This document shows positions 26,900-39,625 of a DNA stretch of 64,000 nucleotides, one piece after another. The stretch spans positions 55,614,001 to 55,678,000 of the forward strand of contig NC_043000.1 of NCBI RefSeq assembly GCF_006345805.1. Direction: 5' to 3'. Origin of the DNA: Octopus sinensis. Lineage: Eukaryota. How positions within the stretch are numbered: position 1 is the stretch's first letter; every line of letters starts with the position of its first letter. Made by a program: the position numbers and the translations under genes. The notes under the pieces were generated by a model. That model was not told the DNA's origin and ran no database searches. It saw only the letters and a program-made list of their open reading frames with translations.

Positions 26900-27324
26900 T
26901 ATACACGCATCCGTTGTATTTGTATTTTATGCATCTATTTTTTTAATTTTTGCGTGATTATGGTTTTTACATTTTTCTATAATCAGAAAAGCGTTAGATA
27001 ATATTCTTGAATTCAATGGTGTCATCATGAAAATATATGTTCCTATTGAATTAAATTCACTTTTTCTGGCCTACTTGAAGATCACGCTTGAAGATAACCA
27101 AACACACACACATATATATACATCCATGCATATTCTTATGCGTTTATATAAACTGAAGAAACTTGTTAATATATACGCAAACTTACTACACTTATCGTCG
27201 TTTCGAGATTATGCACGCGTGTATACATATGTGTGTATATATATATATGCGTGTATATATATATATGTATATATGTGTGTGTGTGTGTATGTATATATAT
27301 ATATATCATATAATATAATATAAT

Positions 27325-28285
27325 GTAATATATAAATATATGCATATATACATACATATAAGTACATACCTATATATATATATATATGTATATATACATG
27401 CATATATGGGTATAGGACATAAAAAAATATGTTGAACACAATGAGAAACGAAAACAAAAACATAGAAACGAACTTTTTTTCGAGTAACGAAAGAAAACAA
27501 ACAGAGAAGGGAGACAGACAACATAAAGAATAGTCCCCTTCTTCAGTTGTCCCTGTTTCAACTACTCGACGTTCCGAATGCAAGAACAAGACGCGGCTTC
27601 GTTGAAACAGTCCTTCCCGCAAAGCAAATAAAAACAAATTGGGATTTTTTGCTGAGGGTGAAAGTGGTAACAAGAACAGGAAAGTGAGAACAAAACACTA
27701 TAAACAATAAAAAAGTAAAAACAGTAAAAGACAGAACAGTGTGAACAAAACAGTGAAAACAAACGATGAGGACTGTTAAGCCAAGACGATGGAAAATTAT
27801 TCTGAACGTTTACAGAAACGAGCTTATGAAGAGACAGTATAAGCACGTTTAGTCTTTGCGAAGGTAGTAGTCAGAAAGATAGATTCCATCTCGTCACGTG
27901 ACAGCGACGAGAGAGTCGAGGAGAAGGAGTGAGAGAGAGGGAAGGGTGAAAGGTGGAGAAGAATAGGGAAGGGTGGGAGAGAAAACCAGAAAGGATGAAG
28001 AACAAAAGGTGGAGAGAGATAGCCAGAGAAGAGATAGATAGAGAAAGATAGAAGAGTGTGCATCGTAATTATTAAAGATAAAACTTACTTGGGAAAGGAT
28101 GCGTGGCTTTCGATCACATAATATAGATAATATATAAATATATGCATATATATATATACATATCTGTACGTACATACATATATATGTATATATACATGCA
28201 TATATGGGTACAGGACATCAAAAAAACGTTGAACACAATGAGAAACGAAAATATAAAAACAAAAACATAGAAACGAGCTTTTATA
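27325..28285. mobile_element. Non-coding element bounded by about 150-bp direct repeats (pseudo-LTR-like)
   Basis: CATGCATATATGGGTA.AGGACAT.AAAAAA..GTTGAACACAATGAGAAACGAAAA..CAAAAACATAGAAACGA occurs at about 27397-27471 and 28195-28276. Confidence 0.6.
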
Positions 28286-28506
28286 TATTATACTAACATA
28301 AGGGTAAAATTTTTCAAAAATAAATTATATGAGTGGCCAGCATATTAAAATACGTTTTAATGTGAAAATTACAAAGTATTATAATTAAGAGCAAAAGAAG
28401 AAAAGTTGTATGCCAATATGCTGAAAAATAGACTTTAGATCATTGTAACCACATACAATATTTCTCACTATAAATACACAGCGTGCTGAAACGAGAAATG
28501 CAAGCA

Positions 28507-28565
<59 letters not shown>

Positions 28566-29395
28566 TATGAATCGGAATGTAAAGTAGATATCGCATTATC
28601 ATACCTTGACACATAAACACATTCGCTTAGACATAAGAACTTTGTGTGTGAGAGTAGATGTGTGTATAGGCATGACTGTGGCTGGTGTGTACTTGTGTGT
28701 CCGTATTATTTCATAGTAGTAAAGAAATTTACTTATAACATATCTCTATTTTTTTTTATTTTAATCAGTTTCACTTTCACCTATGTTTATATTTATGTAT
28801 ATTTCTTTTTAAGCATCAATATTAATTTTTCGTGTGTACCACACACACATACACACACTCACACACATATTTACAAGGAGAGAAAGAGATAAAATGCATA
28901 TGTATATATATATATATATATACATACATACATATATATATATACATACATATGTATATATATATACATACATATGTATATATATATATATATACACACA
29001 TACGTATATGATTATATACATATATACATATATTTATGCATACATATATAAATATGTATACATATATATACATACATACATGTATATATATACACACACA
29101 TACATATATACATATATATATATATGTGTATATTCGTTATATTGTTATATATAATATATATATATTATATATATATATTATATATATCAACGCAAAATTC
29201 ACTACCTGATTATGATATCTCCTATAATACCGTAGGTTATTTTTCTTTAAAAAAACTACCTTGTTTAACGGATATTTATGAAGTGAAAGTTTAATTTGAT
29301 TTTGGTACGTTATACACACACTCACACACAAAAACACATACACAGATACACAGATGCATACATACACACATACGCACACACACACACACATATAC

Positions 29396-29426
<31 letters not shown>

Positions 29427-29578
29427 CATTCGCGTACATATGTGTATTTCTCTACATATGGTATTTATGTGCTTATGATCATATATTCGTATATTTTTAT
29501 CTGGCTATTAATTTATGCATATATCTATTCACATATTTAAGCTGTGTATCTATCTATTTCTGTATTTTCTTTCTCTCG

Positions 29579-29610
<32 letters not shown>

Positions 29611-29640
29611 TGCTTTCTCTCTCTCTCTGTTTCTGACTCA

Positions 29641-29679
<39 letters not shown>

Positions 29680-29805
29680 CACAGCGATATATATATATAT
29701 ATATATACAGGAGTAAACACATAAATGGGAAGCAAGGTGGAAAAAAGAGTACTCAAATACCAGGAGTAGAGTAATATGCTTTATTTAAAAGCAGCAGAAA
29801 TTCAA

Positions 29806-29854
29806 CAAAACCTGTTACTCGGAGTTTCACGTTCCCGTTCGTCGGACAGTTTTG
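29806..29854 (-). ncRNA. Minimal type I hammerhead ribozyme (variant core CCGACGA)
   Basis: Minus strand reads CAAAACTGT-CCGACGA-ACG GGAA CGT-GAAA-CTCCGAG-TA-ACAGGTTTTG. Stem I, core, stem II with a GNRA loop, GAAA, a short stem III and a GUA cleavage triplet are all correctly placed. Confidence 0.75.
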
Positions 29855-30559
29855 TTAAATATATATATATATATATTGAAAAGGAATCTAGAATTGAGGA
29901 ACAGTTCCATGAATACTAGTGTAGTTCCTTTTTATACCGGTTTCTTCTCTTCTAGCATGTCCGCGTGCTGATGTTTCGTACGCTTTTATTCGTAGGTTTG
30001 CGCCTGTGTGCGTGTCTGTTTGTGCGTGTGCGGTTGCGTATGCGTGTGCTATAATAAAATTCCATTACGGCACGCTGAACATTTACTGAAGAGCTACAAA
30101 ATAGGAAATTTCAGTTCTCTCTCTTCACGTCATCCTTCGAACAAATTTTCAATGTTTCTATCTTGGATTGATAATGTTCTTAATTATTTCTAAGAGTCTG
30201 TAGCTACTGTCAAGTAACTAAAGAAGAATCAACCTTTAGCACACAACATCATAGTCTCTAAATTCTTTTGACTTGCTGATATAATAGCTAAATGCACCTT
30301 AAATTATATGCTACAGTATCAAAAACGAGGAGTATCATAGAATGTGTCGGTGCTAGATACACTAAACTGGAACATATTTTTGTTGTTGTTCGATCGTAAG
30401 ATTAAAGCTGTTGTGAGGATAAACTATAATGGGAATAAAACAAACAAGAATTTACATTCTAGTCGCTAGCAAATACTGTGAGTCTTGCCTCGTCGTCTCA
30501 ATTGGTAGAAACAGCAGAAAACTCTGCTTAATATTTCAATTTGTTACAAGACAGCGAGC

Positions 30560-30690
30560 TAGCAGGATCGGGAGTATGCTGGGCAATTCGTCCGTCTTAG
30601 CGCCATTACGTCCGTCTTCATGGTCTGAGTTCAAATTCTACCGTGGTCGACTTTGACTTTCATGCTTTCGATAGAATAGGTATCAGTTAA
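30560..30690 (+). mobile_element. SINE family A copy
   Basis: GCGAGCTAGCAGGATCG...GAGTTCAAATTC...CTTTCATGCTTTCGATAG..GGTATCAG. Confidence 0.75.
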
Positions 30691-30694
30691 TTTA

Positions 30695-31075
30695 TAGGCG
30701 CAGGACATGGTTCCGTGTTCAGTCTCACTGCGTGGCACTTGGGCAAATGTTTTCTACTATAGCCTCGGGCCAACCAATGCCTTGTGAGTGGATTTGATAG
30801 ACGGAAACTGAAAGACTCCCGTCGTATATATGTATATATATATATATATTTGCGTGTGTGTTTGTGTGTCTGTGTTTTTCCTCACCCAACATCGCTTGAC
30901 AACCGATGCTGTTGTGTTTACGTCCCCGTAACTTAGCGGTTCGGCAAAAGTGACAGATAGAATAAGTACTAGGCTTACAAAGAATAAGTCCTGGGGTCGA
31001 TTTCCTCGACTAAAGGCGGTGCTCCAGCATGACCGCAGCCGGATGACTGAAACAAGTAAAAGAGTAAAATAGTTG
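30695..31075 (+). mobile_element. SINE family B, near full length, with an internal (TA)/(TG) tract
   Basis: Head with GTTCAGTCTCACTGCGTGGCACTTGGGCAAAT (CORE-like) and 3' part GGCGGTGCTCCAGCATGACCGCAG..TGACTGAAACAAGTAAAAGA. Partial copies at 40735-40830, 43475-43645 and 46060-46145 (minus). Confidence 0.85.
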
Positions 31076-31159
31076 AACGCTGGGGTCAATGTATTCTACT
31101 TATCCTCCCTTGAAATTGCACCCTTATCTCGAAACTTGAAACCAATACTTCAAGCTGCA

Positions 31160-31570
31160 ATAAGGCAGAGAACTGGTAGAGTCGTTAGCAGGCCGGAATA
31201 AATGTTTAGCGGCATTCCATCTGTCTTAAGATTCTGAGTTCAAATCCACCGAAATCCACTTTGCCCTTTATCCTTTCGAAGTCGATGAAATAAGGACCTT
31301 TTCAACAGTGGGATCGATGTAATCAACTTACCCGCTGCTCTGAATGAAATTGCTGACGTTGTGCCTAAATTTGAAAATAGTATTTCAAACTATTCATAAA
31401 GCTGAGAGCTGGCAGAATCGTTAGGACGCCGGGCGAAATAATTAGCGGCATTTCGTCCGTCGTTACGTTCTATTTTCAAATTCCGTCGAGATCAGCTCTA
31501 CTTGTCATCCTTCAGGGGTCGATAAAATATATACGAGCTGAATACTAGGGTTGATATAATCGACTTACAC
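31160..31570 (+). mobile_element. Two tandem SINE family A copies
   Basis: Heads at about 31163 and 31403, each with a B-box-like G..TTCAAAT.C and the CCTT..GG/AAGTCGAT.AAAT core. Confidence 0.8.
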
Positions 31571-31574
31571 CTGG

Positions 31575-31922
31575 AAGCAGCTGTAGTGGGGGAAGCATCA
31601 TAGCCATATTTTCAACTCTGGAAACCTGATTGATTCATTCATCATCTTCAAACAACCCTTCCTCAGGAATCTTTTGAGCAGGATGGGTTACTAAACCCGA
31701 AGAAAATTCTAACTGGACCACACCAACACGAGCATGCGCTGTTTATCTTGATATGAGATTAACATCTCATATCAAGATAAACAGCGCATCTCAAGCACAC
31801 ATGGTTGTGATGTCTGTGCCTGTTGTACTATTATCTGGTGAATGTTCATGAAGAGTATAATTAGTCTTCCTATAATTTTAAACTTCAGGGTTACTTTGAT
31901 GGCACACACTATTCTCTCACGC

Positions 31923-31923
<1 letters not shown>
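31575..31923 (+). mobile_element. TAA-associated non-coding element (family C), 5'-truncated
   Basis: Aligns with 33975-34325 (GTAGTGGGGGA.GCATCATAGCC...GCTGTTTATCTTGATATGAGAT...CTTTGATGGCA..CACT.TTCTCTCAC) and ends in (AAT)n. Confidence 0.75.
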
Positions 31924-31953
<30 letters not shown>

Positions 31954-32007
31954 TAATAATAATAATAATAATAATCATGATGATGATGATGATGATAATG
32001 CAATTAT

Positions 32008-32395
32008 CCAGTGCGATCACCTGACCAAACATCGGAAACCTGACATTGTTGTGGTGAATAGAAAACATACAACATGTATGATAATCGACATAGCATGCTG
32101 CGGTGACAACAGGATCAATGTGAAAGAAAAATAAACAACTATGACAATTCAAAGTGGGAAATACGAAAGTTGTGGTGCACTTGGAAGTATCTGCACTCAT
32201 CTACCAACATAGCTGAAAAAAAATCGGTGTAAATGTGAAGGGAGAACACCTACAAAAAATTAGCATTGCTTGGAACTGCATGGATTCTTCGCACGGTTCT
32301 TAAAGCATAACCAGTGAGACAAGTGTCACCTTAGTCTACTAGCTGTGGATAGCTGACACTTGCTATCATACCCAGCAATATAAGGTGTGAGTTTT
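32008..32395 (+). mobile_element. R4/Dong-clade 3' fragment (Dong-c)
   Basis: QCDHLTKHRKPDIVVVNRKHTTCMIIDIAC.GD (REL PD..D motif), GALG, and ALLGTAWILRTVLKA followed by a stop. Confidence 0.85.
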
Positions 32396-32422
32396 AATAC
32401 AATGATAACAATAATGGTGATT

Positions 32423-32454
<32 letters not shown>

Positions 32455-32455
<1 letters not shown>

Positions 32456-33450
32456 CTAAACGTGGGTGGCCGTGGACTTTTACAACTGGAATTAACAATG
32501 AAGATTGCCACAATTGGCCTAGACACCTACTTGAAAAACTCTGAGGACTGGATGTTAAAATTAATCTCAAAACATGAAAACAAGAAAGCATCATACTCAG
32601 TAACAGGCAAAGTAATATATAAGTGAATTCCAAATACAAATTCCAGAATTTGACGTACTAGAAACAAGCAGCGAAATAACTAAGCGTATGAAAACACGTG
32701 CTAAATTGCTGTCTTAGATATTCTTACTGATAAATGTCAAAAGAACCTCTCAATGGCAAATACCCAAAGATAGCCATTACCTATCAATGGCTAATGGCTA
32801 ATGGCTTCTGGCTTAAAATCAGAAACAGAAGGGTTTACCATAGCAGCCCAAAATCAATGCTTACCTACAAGAAACTACCAGGCCAACATATTAAAGAACG
32901 GTACCTTCCCAACATGTGTATGTCAACAACAAAATTACACCATAGATCATGTTGTCTCTATGTGCAGTCTTCTTGCATCTACAGAGTATCTCAACAGGCA
33001 TGATAGAGCTGCACAATATATTCACTGTGTAATTTACAAAAACCTGAACTTGGTCCATGATAAAAACTGGGGGGAATACAAACCACCTCCAGTGCTTGAA
33101 AATGATTACATCTCATTCCTCTGGAACTTCACTATTCAGACTGACAGATAGATGCAAATAGGCCAGACATTATATTGAAAGATTTCAAACAAAATTCATG
33201 CCGCCTCATTGATATGACTGTCCCAATCGATATAAACGTATCTGTCAACACCTACCAAAAACTAAGCAAATATAAAGATCTTGAAATAGAAGTTAGCAAA
33301 ATGTGAAACATGAAGACTAAAACAATACCTGTTGTCATAGGTGCCCTAGGAATGATACCAAAAGAATGATAGCAAAACTTGTTGTCTCTGTAGGTCTCTG
33401 GGTGAGACCTGGAGCCAACTTCTACAAATGCAAAGCAAAAGTCAAACATA
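32455..33450 (+). mobile_element. R4/Dong-clade 5'-truncated copy (Dong-d)
   Basis: GGRGLLQLE, SGLKSETEGFTIAAQNQCLPTRNY, TIDHVVSMC, RHDR, ANRPDII..IDMTVP, KLSKYKDLEIEV, IPVVIGALG; followed by (AAT)n. Confidence 0.9.
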
Positions 33451-33451
33451 A

Positions 33452-33503
<52 letters not shown>

Positions 33504-33642
33504 GTAATAGTAATAGTAATAATAATAATAATAATATAATAATAATAATAATAATAATAACAATAACAATAACAATAACAATAACAATAATAATAATAAT
33601 ATAATAATAATAATAATAATAATAATAGTAATAGTAATAGTA

Positions 33643-33700
<58 letters not shown>

Positions 33701-33710
33701 TAACAATAAC

Positions 33711-33771
<61 letters not shown>
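33451..33771. repeat. (AAT)n compound microsatellite
   Basis: About 320 bp of AAT with AGTAAT and AACAAT variants. Confidence 0.95.
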
Positions 33772-33774
<3 letters not shown>

Positions 33775-34325
33775 GCCCCGATTCAGTACCAGACAGTAGC
33801 TCTCATGGCTTCTGATCTTAACTGAAGTGGTATCATGTACATTGTTTTGTCTTGGTATAAAAGATGGGCTACAGCAGATATTCCGCTCAATAACACAGAT
33901 CTACTTGTCAGCTGTTTGACCATAACCAGTTGACCATGTGCCTTAGTGGCTGACGATATGTGCATCTCTGATCACAAGCAGAAGTAGTGGGGGAGCATCA
34001 TAGCCGTTTATTGAAAGGAATTCTTAGAGATTTGGATAATTCACCTTTGGAAACATGGGTGCTTCATTCAACATCCTTAAACAATCCTTATTCAGGGACC
34101 TTTTGAGCGGGATGGGTTAATCGACCAGAAGAAAATTCCAACTGGGCCTCACCTGCAAGGTCATGTGCTGTTTATCTTGATATGAGATCATCATGTCGCG
34201 CACATATGTTTGTGATGCATGTGCACAGTGTAACCTTATCAGATTGGTAGCCATGATGGGTATACTGGGCTTCGTATATTTTACTCCAGTGTCACTTTGA
34301 TGGCATGCACTGCTTTCTCACTCAG
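33772..34325 (+). mobile_element. TAA-associated non-coding element (family C), apparently full length
   Basis: About 550-bp unit that starts directly after (AAT)n and ends directly before (AAT)n. Two other partial copies are in the window. No ORF and no obvious A/B boxes. Confidence 0.75.
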
Positions 34326-34330
34326 TAATA

Positions 34331-34450
<120 letters not shown>

Positions 34451-34455
34451 TAATA

Positions 34456-34535
<80 letters not shown>

Positions 34536-34619
34536 GTAGCCCGATGTTAGAAATTTTTAGTTTCCAACAGGTTGCTGTGTTGTGAGCATATGAAAAATAA
34601 AAAGAAATGATAATGGCTT

Positions 34620-34815
34620 CAGATTTTGGCACTAGGCCAGCAATATCGGGGGAAGGAACAAGTAGTTTACATCGACTTCAGTACTCAACTGGTACTTATT
34701 TTATCCACACCGAAAAGATGAAAGGCAAAGCACATATGAATTGAGAACATAAAGACGGACGAAATGTTGCTATGTATTTTGTCCGGTGAGCTAACGATTC
34801 AGCCATCTCGACGCC

Positions 34816-34818
<3 letters not shown>
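34620..34818 (-). mobile_element. SINE family A copy
   Basis: Reverse complement contains the CTTTGCCTTTCATCTTTTCGGTGTGGATAAAATAAGTACCAGTTGAGTACTG core. Confidence 0.75.
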
Positions 34819-34872
<54 letters not shown>

Positions 34873-35325
34873 TAACATTAATCATACTGCATGTTTGCTA
34901 TTAGATTATGATTATTTATATTCTGTATTTTTAGTTGCCAAAAATTTGATTAAGCTGAAAAGTATCATATAAACATTTTATGTCAAGCTACATCCCATGA
35001 TATTTCTGCAACGTCCTACCTACATAGTCATGAAGAAATAAATATAATTATTGATTCCTCTTAACTGGAATCAAGAATTTTGGCGACTTGGCAAATTATT
35101 GCTCTTTCAGTCATAACACATAACGTATACACGATTCAGCTTGCGACAAACAACATTCTGTACACACAAATACATGTTCATGAATGCATGTGTGACTCTA
35201 TGTATATCTGTATGAATTTCTCTCCCCCTCTCTCTTTTTCACTATGTACATGTACGTATATATATATATAATATATATATATATATATAATATATATATA
35301 TAGATATATATATAGATAGATAGAT

Positions 35326-35388
<63 letters not shown>

Positions 35389-35414
35389 CAGAGAGAGATA
35401 CATATATGCTTTCA

Positions 35415-35452
<38 letters not shown>

Positions 35453-35950
35453 CATACATACATGCATACATACATACATGCATACATACATACAGACAGG
35501 CAGACATACATACAGGTACACTGATAAATTATTTTAACAACGAAAGCGCTATTTTTACTTTTCACAAAAACAAAGTTCTGTATTTTCATTTTTTTTTATA
35601 TTCTATCTCCTTTTTATGTTATATTTATAACGAAAATATGAATCTTTTGATATATCTTGCATATATATTATAATATATCCAAATTCTTTCTATACAAAAC
35701 AAAATCTGATAGCAACATCAACTACATGTAAATATAAAGCGTATTTTCGTTGAGCTCTAAGTGAATCTGAGCGTATAAAATCTTTGCATCCTTAGAGAAG
35801 ATAAAAAGAACCTCTGTTGCTTTTAATCCACAAAGCAGATATGTATGTATTATTGTGGATCTGTCACAATTTTTTATGTATAAGCACTTACAAAGCTAGA
35901 TACCAGTAAACGAATATGTGTGTGTATGTCTACGTATGGATGGGTATATA

Positions 35951-36044
<94 letters not shown>

Positions 36045-36929
36045 TGTATACATACACATATACATACTAGTTTTATATTAGTAGTCAAGAATAACCATGT
36101 TGTAGCTAACTGCGCTCTATAACCTTACTTTCATAGAAATCACGCACGATGACACTGAGGAAACGGATGAGAACATAATGGATATAATTCAATGTATCAC
36201 AAATTCCATCAAGCAAAGCATCAAAAAAGTATCAACTCTCTTTGAAACAACCACAAACGAAATTACTCATATTTGTCACCGAACTATTTAGGTGATAACG
36301 TTATGTGAAAGCCATAAATCTTTTACTAACATTGCATGAAGCACATGGCTAGTATACAGCTAATCGATTACGATCCTGCATTGATGGAACTAAAAAATTC
36401 AAACACCTATACTTATTCTCGTTACGCTGATGTAACGAATTTTCAAGAAATTCTGAACGGAAAAAAAAACTTAATCCGAACAAATGAAGGGAGATTCTAA
36501 GTTTTCCTTCAACCTTCTCTAAATAGTTCTCAATATGCATTCTTTCATCTCTATATTAGAGGAAGTACACATTACACAATGAAGTTTTTAAAATAAAATA
36601 AAAAGATGAGATTGTCTTGAAATTGTAAATATTAAGATAGGTTATCCAAAATATAAAAGTTTTCAAGATACTGATCATAAATTAATGGAATTACTTTGAA
36701 TTAGATATATCTTCGGCAGCATAATAAATTTTGGAATAGATTACATCGGTAGAAGACAAAAATTAGATTGAATATATGTGTCTAAATATGTCAAGAATAA
36801 GAAAACTGTCGCAAAAGTATGTAAAATTGTCGTAAATGTATGTATGTCTACATTAGCGTACAATTGTTTGAAACGACTGGTAGATAGTTAAGTAATGGTA
36901 TTCTCAATTCGTTTCACCTCTGATGGTAT

Positions 36930-37480
36930 ATTTTGTATGTCGTAATAATAATAGTTCAAGAGATAACTTTCTTTACTCTAAATTTTATTATTGTGTTCCA
37001 TGTATTAACTGAAGGCCATAATTTTCTTATCTTAGGTGTACTGGGGAATCAAACTCAATAACTGTCGGATAATTGTATTAGAAAATCCGCAGCAATGAAC
37101 GGGAAGATCACATTGATAGTGTCCTGGAGTTTAATATTACACTGGTATAAATGTGGTACAGTACCTGTACGATTTCTAATAGTACAACGCCTTATTTTAA
37201 ACATGTTATTTTCTTCCACTTATTAATTATTCACTTAGTTTGTCACAAGGGCAGTACACAAAGTAACTGCGCCATAACTTCTTTATCTTAGTACGCTATG
37301 TCCTATATGAGCAATATAAAGGTGTACTCGGAGAATCTCAATAATTCAATAACAGTTTGACAGTTATTTTAGACGCTCTGTAACAATGAACGAGATCGAC
37401 ATTCATAGAATCCTGGAGTTTAATATTACAAGAGTATAAGTCTGTACTTGTAAAGTTTTCAGTACACCACCTTTTCAACA
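36930..37480. repeat. Diverged tandem duplication, period about 289 bp
   Basis: TCCTGGAGTTTAATATTACA at 37122 and 37411; AGGTGTACT, CAATGAACG and GCCATAA..TT..TTATCTTAG are also duplicated. Confidence 0.7.
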
Positions 37481-38419
37481 ATACAGAATCTTTTCAACAA
37501 TATCTTTTAGATTTTAACAAGTATAAATATTTTCAAGATATATTTGTATTTCAGTATGTTACATGCACTCGTTTTATTGTAGAGAGAGGATGAAAATCAA
37601 GTTGACTCTTGCTTGTGTTGAACTCAGAAATACAGGAGCGAAATAGAATAGGTCAAGGCATACGTTGTAGTAGTGCATCCCTTCATCCATCTCAGGCAAC
37701 AAATACCTAACTCAGCCTAGCTGAGTCTGTTTGGGCAGTTATTGCTGGTGAGTGTTTCATGAGGTCGTATTGGAAATCCTACCTTACCCAAATCGCCTTT
37801 TACGACACGCAGAGGAAAGGTTGATATGCCGGTCCCCACACAACACAGAGTAGAATACTATAAAATATAATTTCGCCCTTGTGCTGTATACATACATATT
37901 CTTTGAGATAACAAATTAGTCATATTTTTCCAGTAACAACAGTCATAGTATATAGCACTAGTAGTATTAAGCTTTACTAACGTAAATATATTGATTTACA
38001 ACATTTTGCATAAGGTTTAAATTTTGTTGTGAAGTGATATGTTTATCTGATATTTTAATCCAATACATTTGGATGCATAACACAAATATAAATACAAAAT
38101 CTAAAGAGATTCAACGGATAATGCTAATAAGTTATGATAGTGCTAACATATTTAAAGTAATCTAATTAGAAATAGGAGTCGAAAAAGAGGCAATACTAAC
38201 ATACTGTAAAATAAAATCACTAAATTTAATTACATAATTATTCATGTCAACTAAAGAAAAATCTCAATATATGTGTGTGTGTGTGTGTGCGGATGTTTGT
38301 GCTTCTAGGTGTATATATGTGTATGTATTTGTGTGTGTATGTAAATATATGCATATGTATATGTGTGTACGGACAGGCAGACAGACAAACAGACAGACAG
38401 ACAGGCAGATAGATAGATC

Positions 38420-38585
<166 letters not shown>

Positions 38586-38659
38586 GTTTACTGTTCCGAT
38601 AAGGTAAGATTAACAAAAAATGCATTCCATCCGATGAAAGATAAACATCGTTTAATGCT

Positions 38660-39625
38660 CAAAGTATCAAGTTATGATACACCAACAGTTTCATACTTTA
38701 AAGACATGTTGTAGACAGCTTTTTTTGTGAGAGTTTAGTTCTTAGATGTTTCCCCAGATCTAAGATCTCACTCTTACAAACCCTACCATAAGCCTAACTC
38801 GAAGCTCTCCTACAAAGACAAGGAGTCCTGTCACCCACCTATAGTGATAGGTAACATTAGTAATAGGATATCTAGTCTCTTTTCATCTAAAGGTATTTTT
38901 GCTAAGGCAGACCACTACTATAACAATGCGCTAGCTAACATTCGCTTTAACGATAAAATATACTACAACCCCTCTACCCAAGATGAGCATCATTGAAATC
39001 GACCTAAAAATAGTACTGGCAAAATAATTTGGCTTATCACAACCCCACCCTTCCTAAATTTCGAAAACTAACGTAATCAAGAGATTTCTGTGTCATTTAG
39101 ATGAACATTTCTCTGAAAATCACACGTAGAGAAAGTTCTTCAACTGACGTTCAATTATGTTATCATATAGCGGATGACTCAATATGAAGAACATCATTAT
39201 CCGGAACGCCACCAGTTGTAGTTGTCGCGACCATGGAGCTTGCTCACTCGACCAACTTTGCATGGTAATCTCCGTCATATATGAGACAGAAGTAAGCGCC
39301 ACGGTTTATGATTACAGAAAAGAAGAATTACATCGGTTTATGCGAAGTGGGCTTCAAAAGACGCAATGCAAATCATCTTTGGATAGATAAAAGTAAAGCC
39401 ATTAAGTTGGCTAGCCATTTACTAACAACTTACCAGCTCCACGCTTACTACAATAAAATAGGAAATCGTAGAAAAATCCATGCGATATGTTAATGGATCA
39501 AAGAGATGTAAGTTATGCGTGGCTGAAAGCTCGCAAATCCTTTTTAGACGTAAGAATTCTACCGCCCTTCTGAATTCCAAATCAGAATTTTCAGCAAATG
39601 TAAACATATGGACAAGTTTTTGTTG
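38660..39625 (+). mobile_element. Penelope-like element, Naiad-type (RT C-terminus + GIY-YIG)
   Basis: FLDV, KPYHKPNSKLSY..KESCHPP, RISSL, YYNNALA, KIIW, CSCRDHGACSLDQLC..SVIYETEV, NYIGLCEVGFKRR.ANH, NGSKRCKLCVAE, LLNSKSEF..KCKH (KCRH-like). Confidence 0.85.

Noticed and set aside
33772-33850. HDV-like ribozyme at the 5' end of family C
   Set aside because: A GCC/GGC mini-stem is present in one copy, but there is no P1 partner, P1.1 GG or P4.
39140-39180. In-frame TGA codons in the Naiad-type ORF as selenocysteine
   Set aside because: One aligns to an Arg position (likely CGA to TGA decay) and the other lies in a misaligned stretch; no SECIS was identified.
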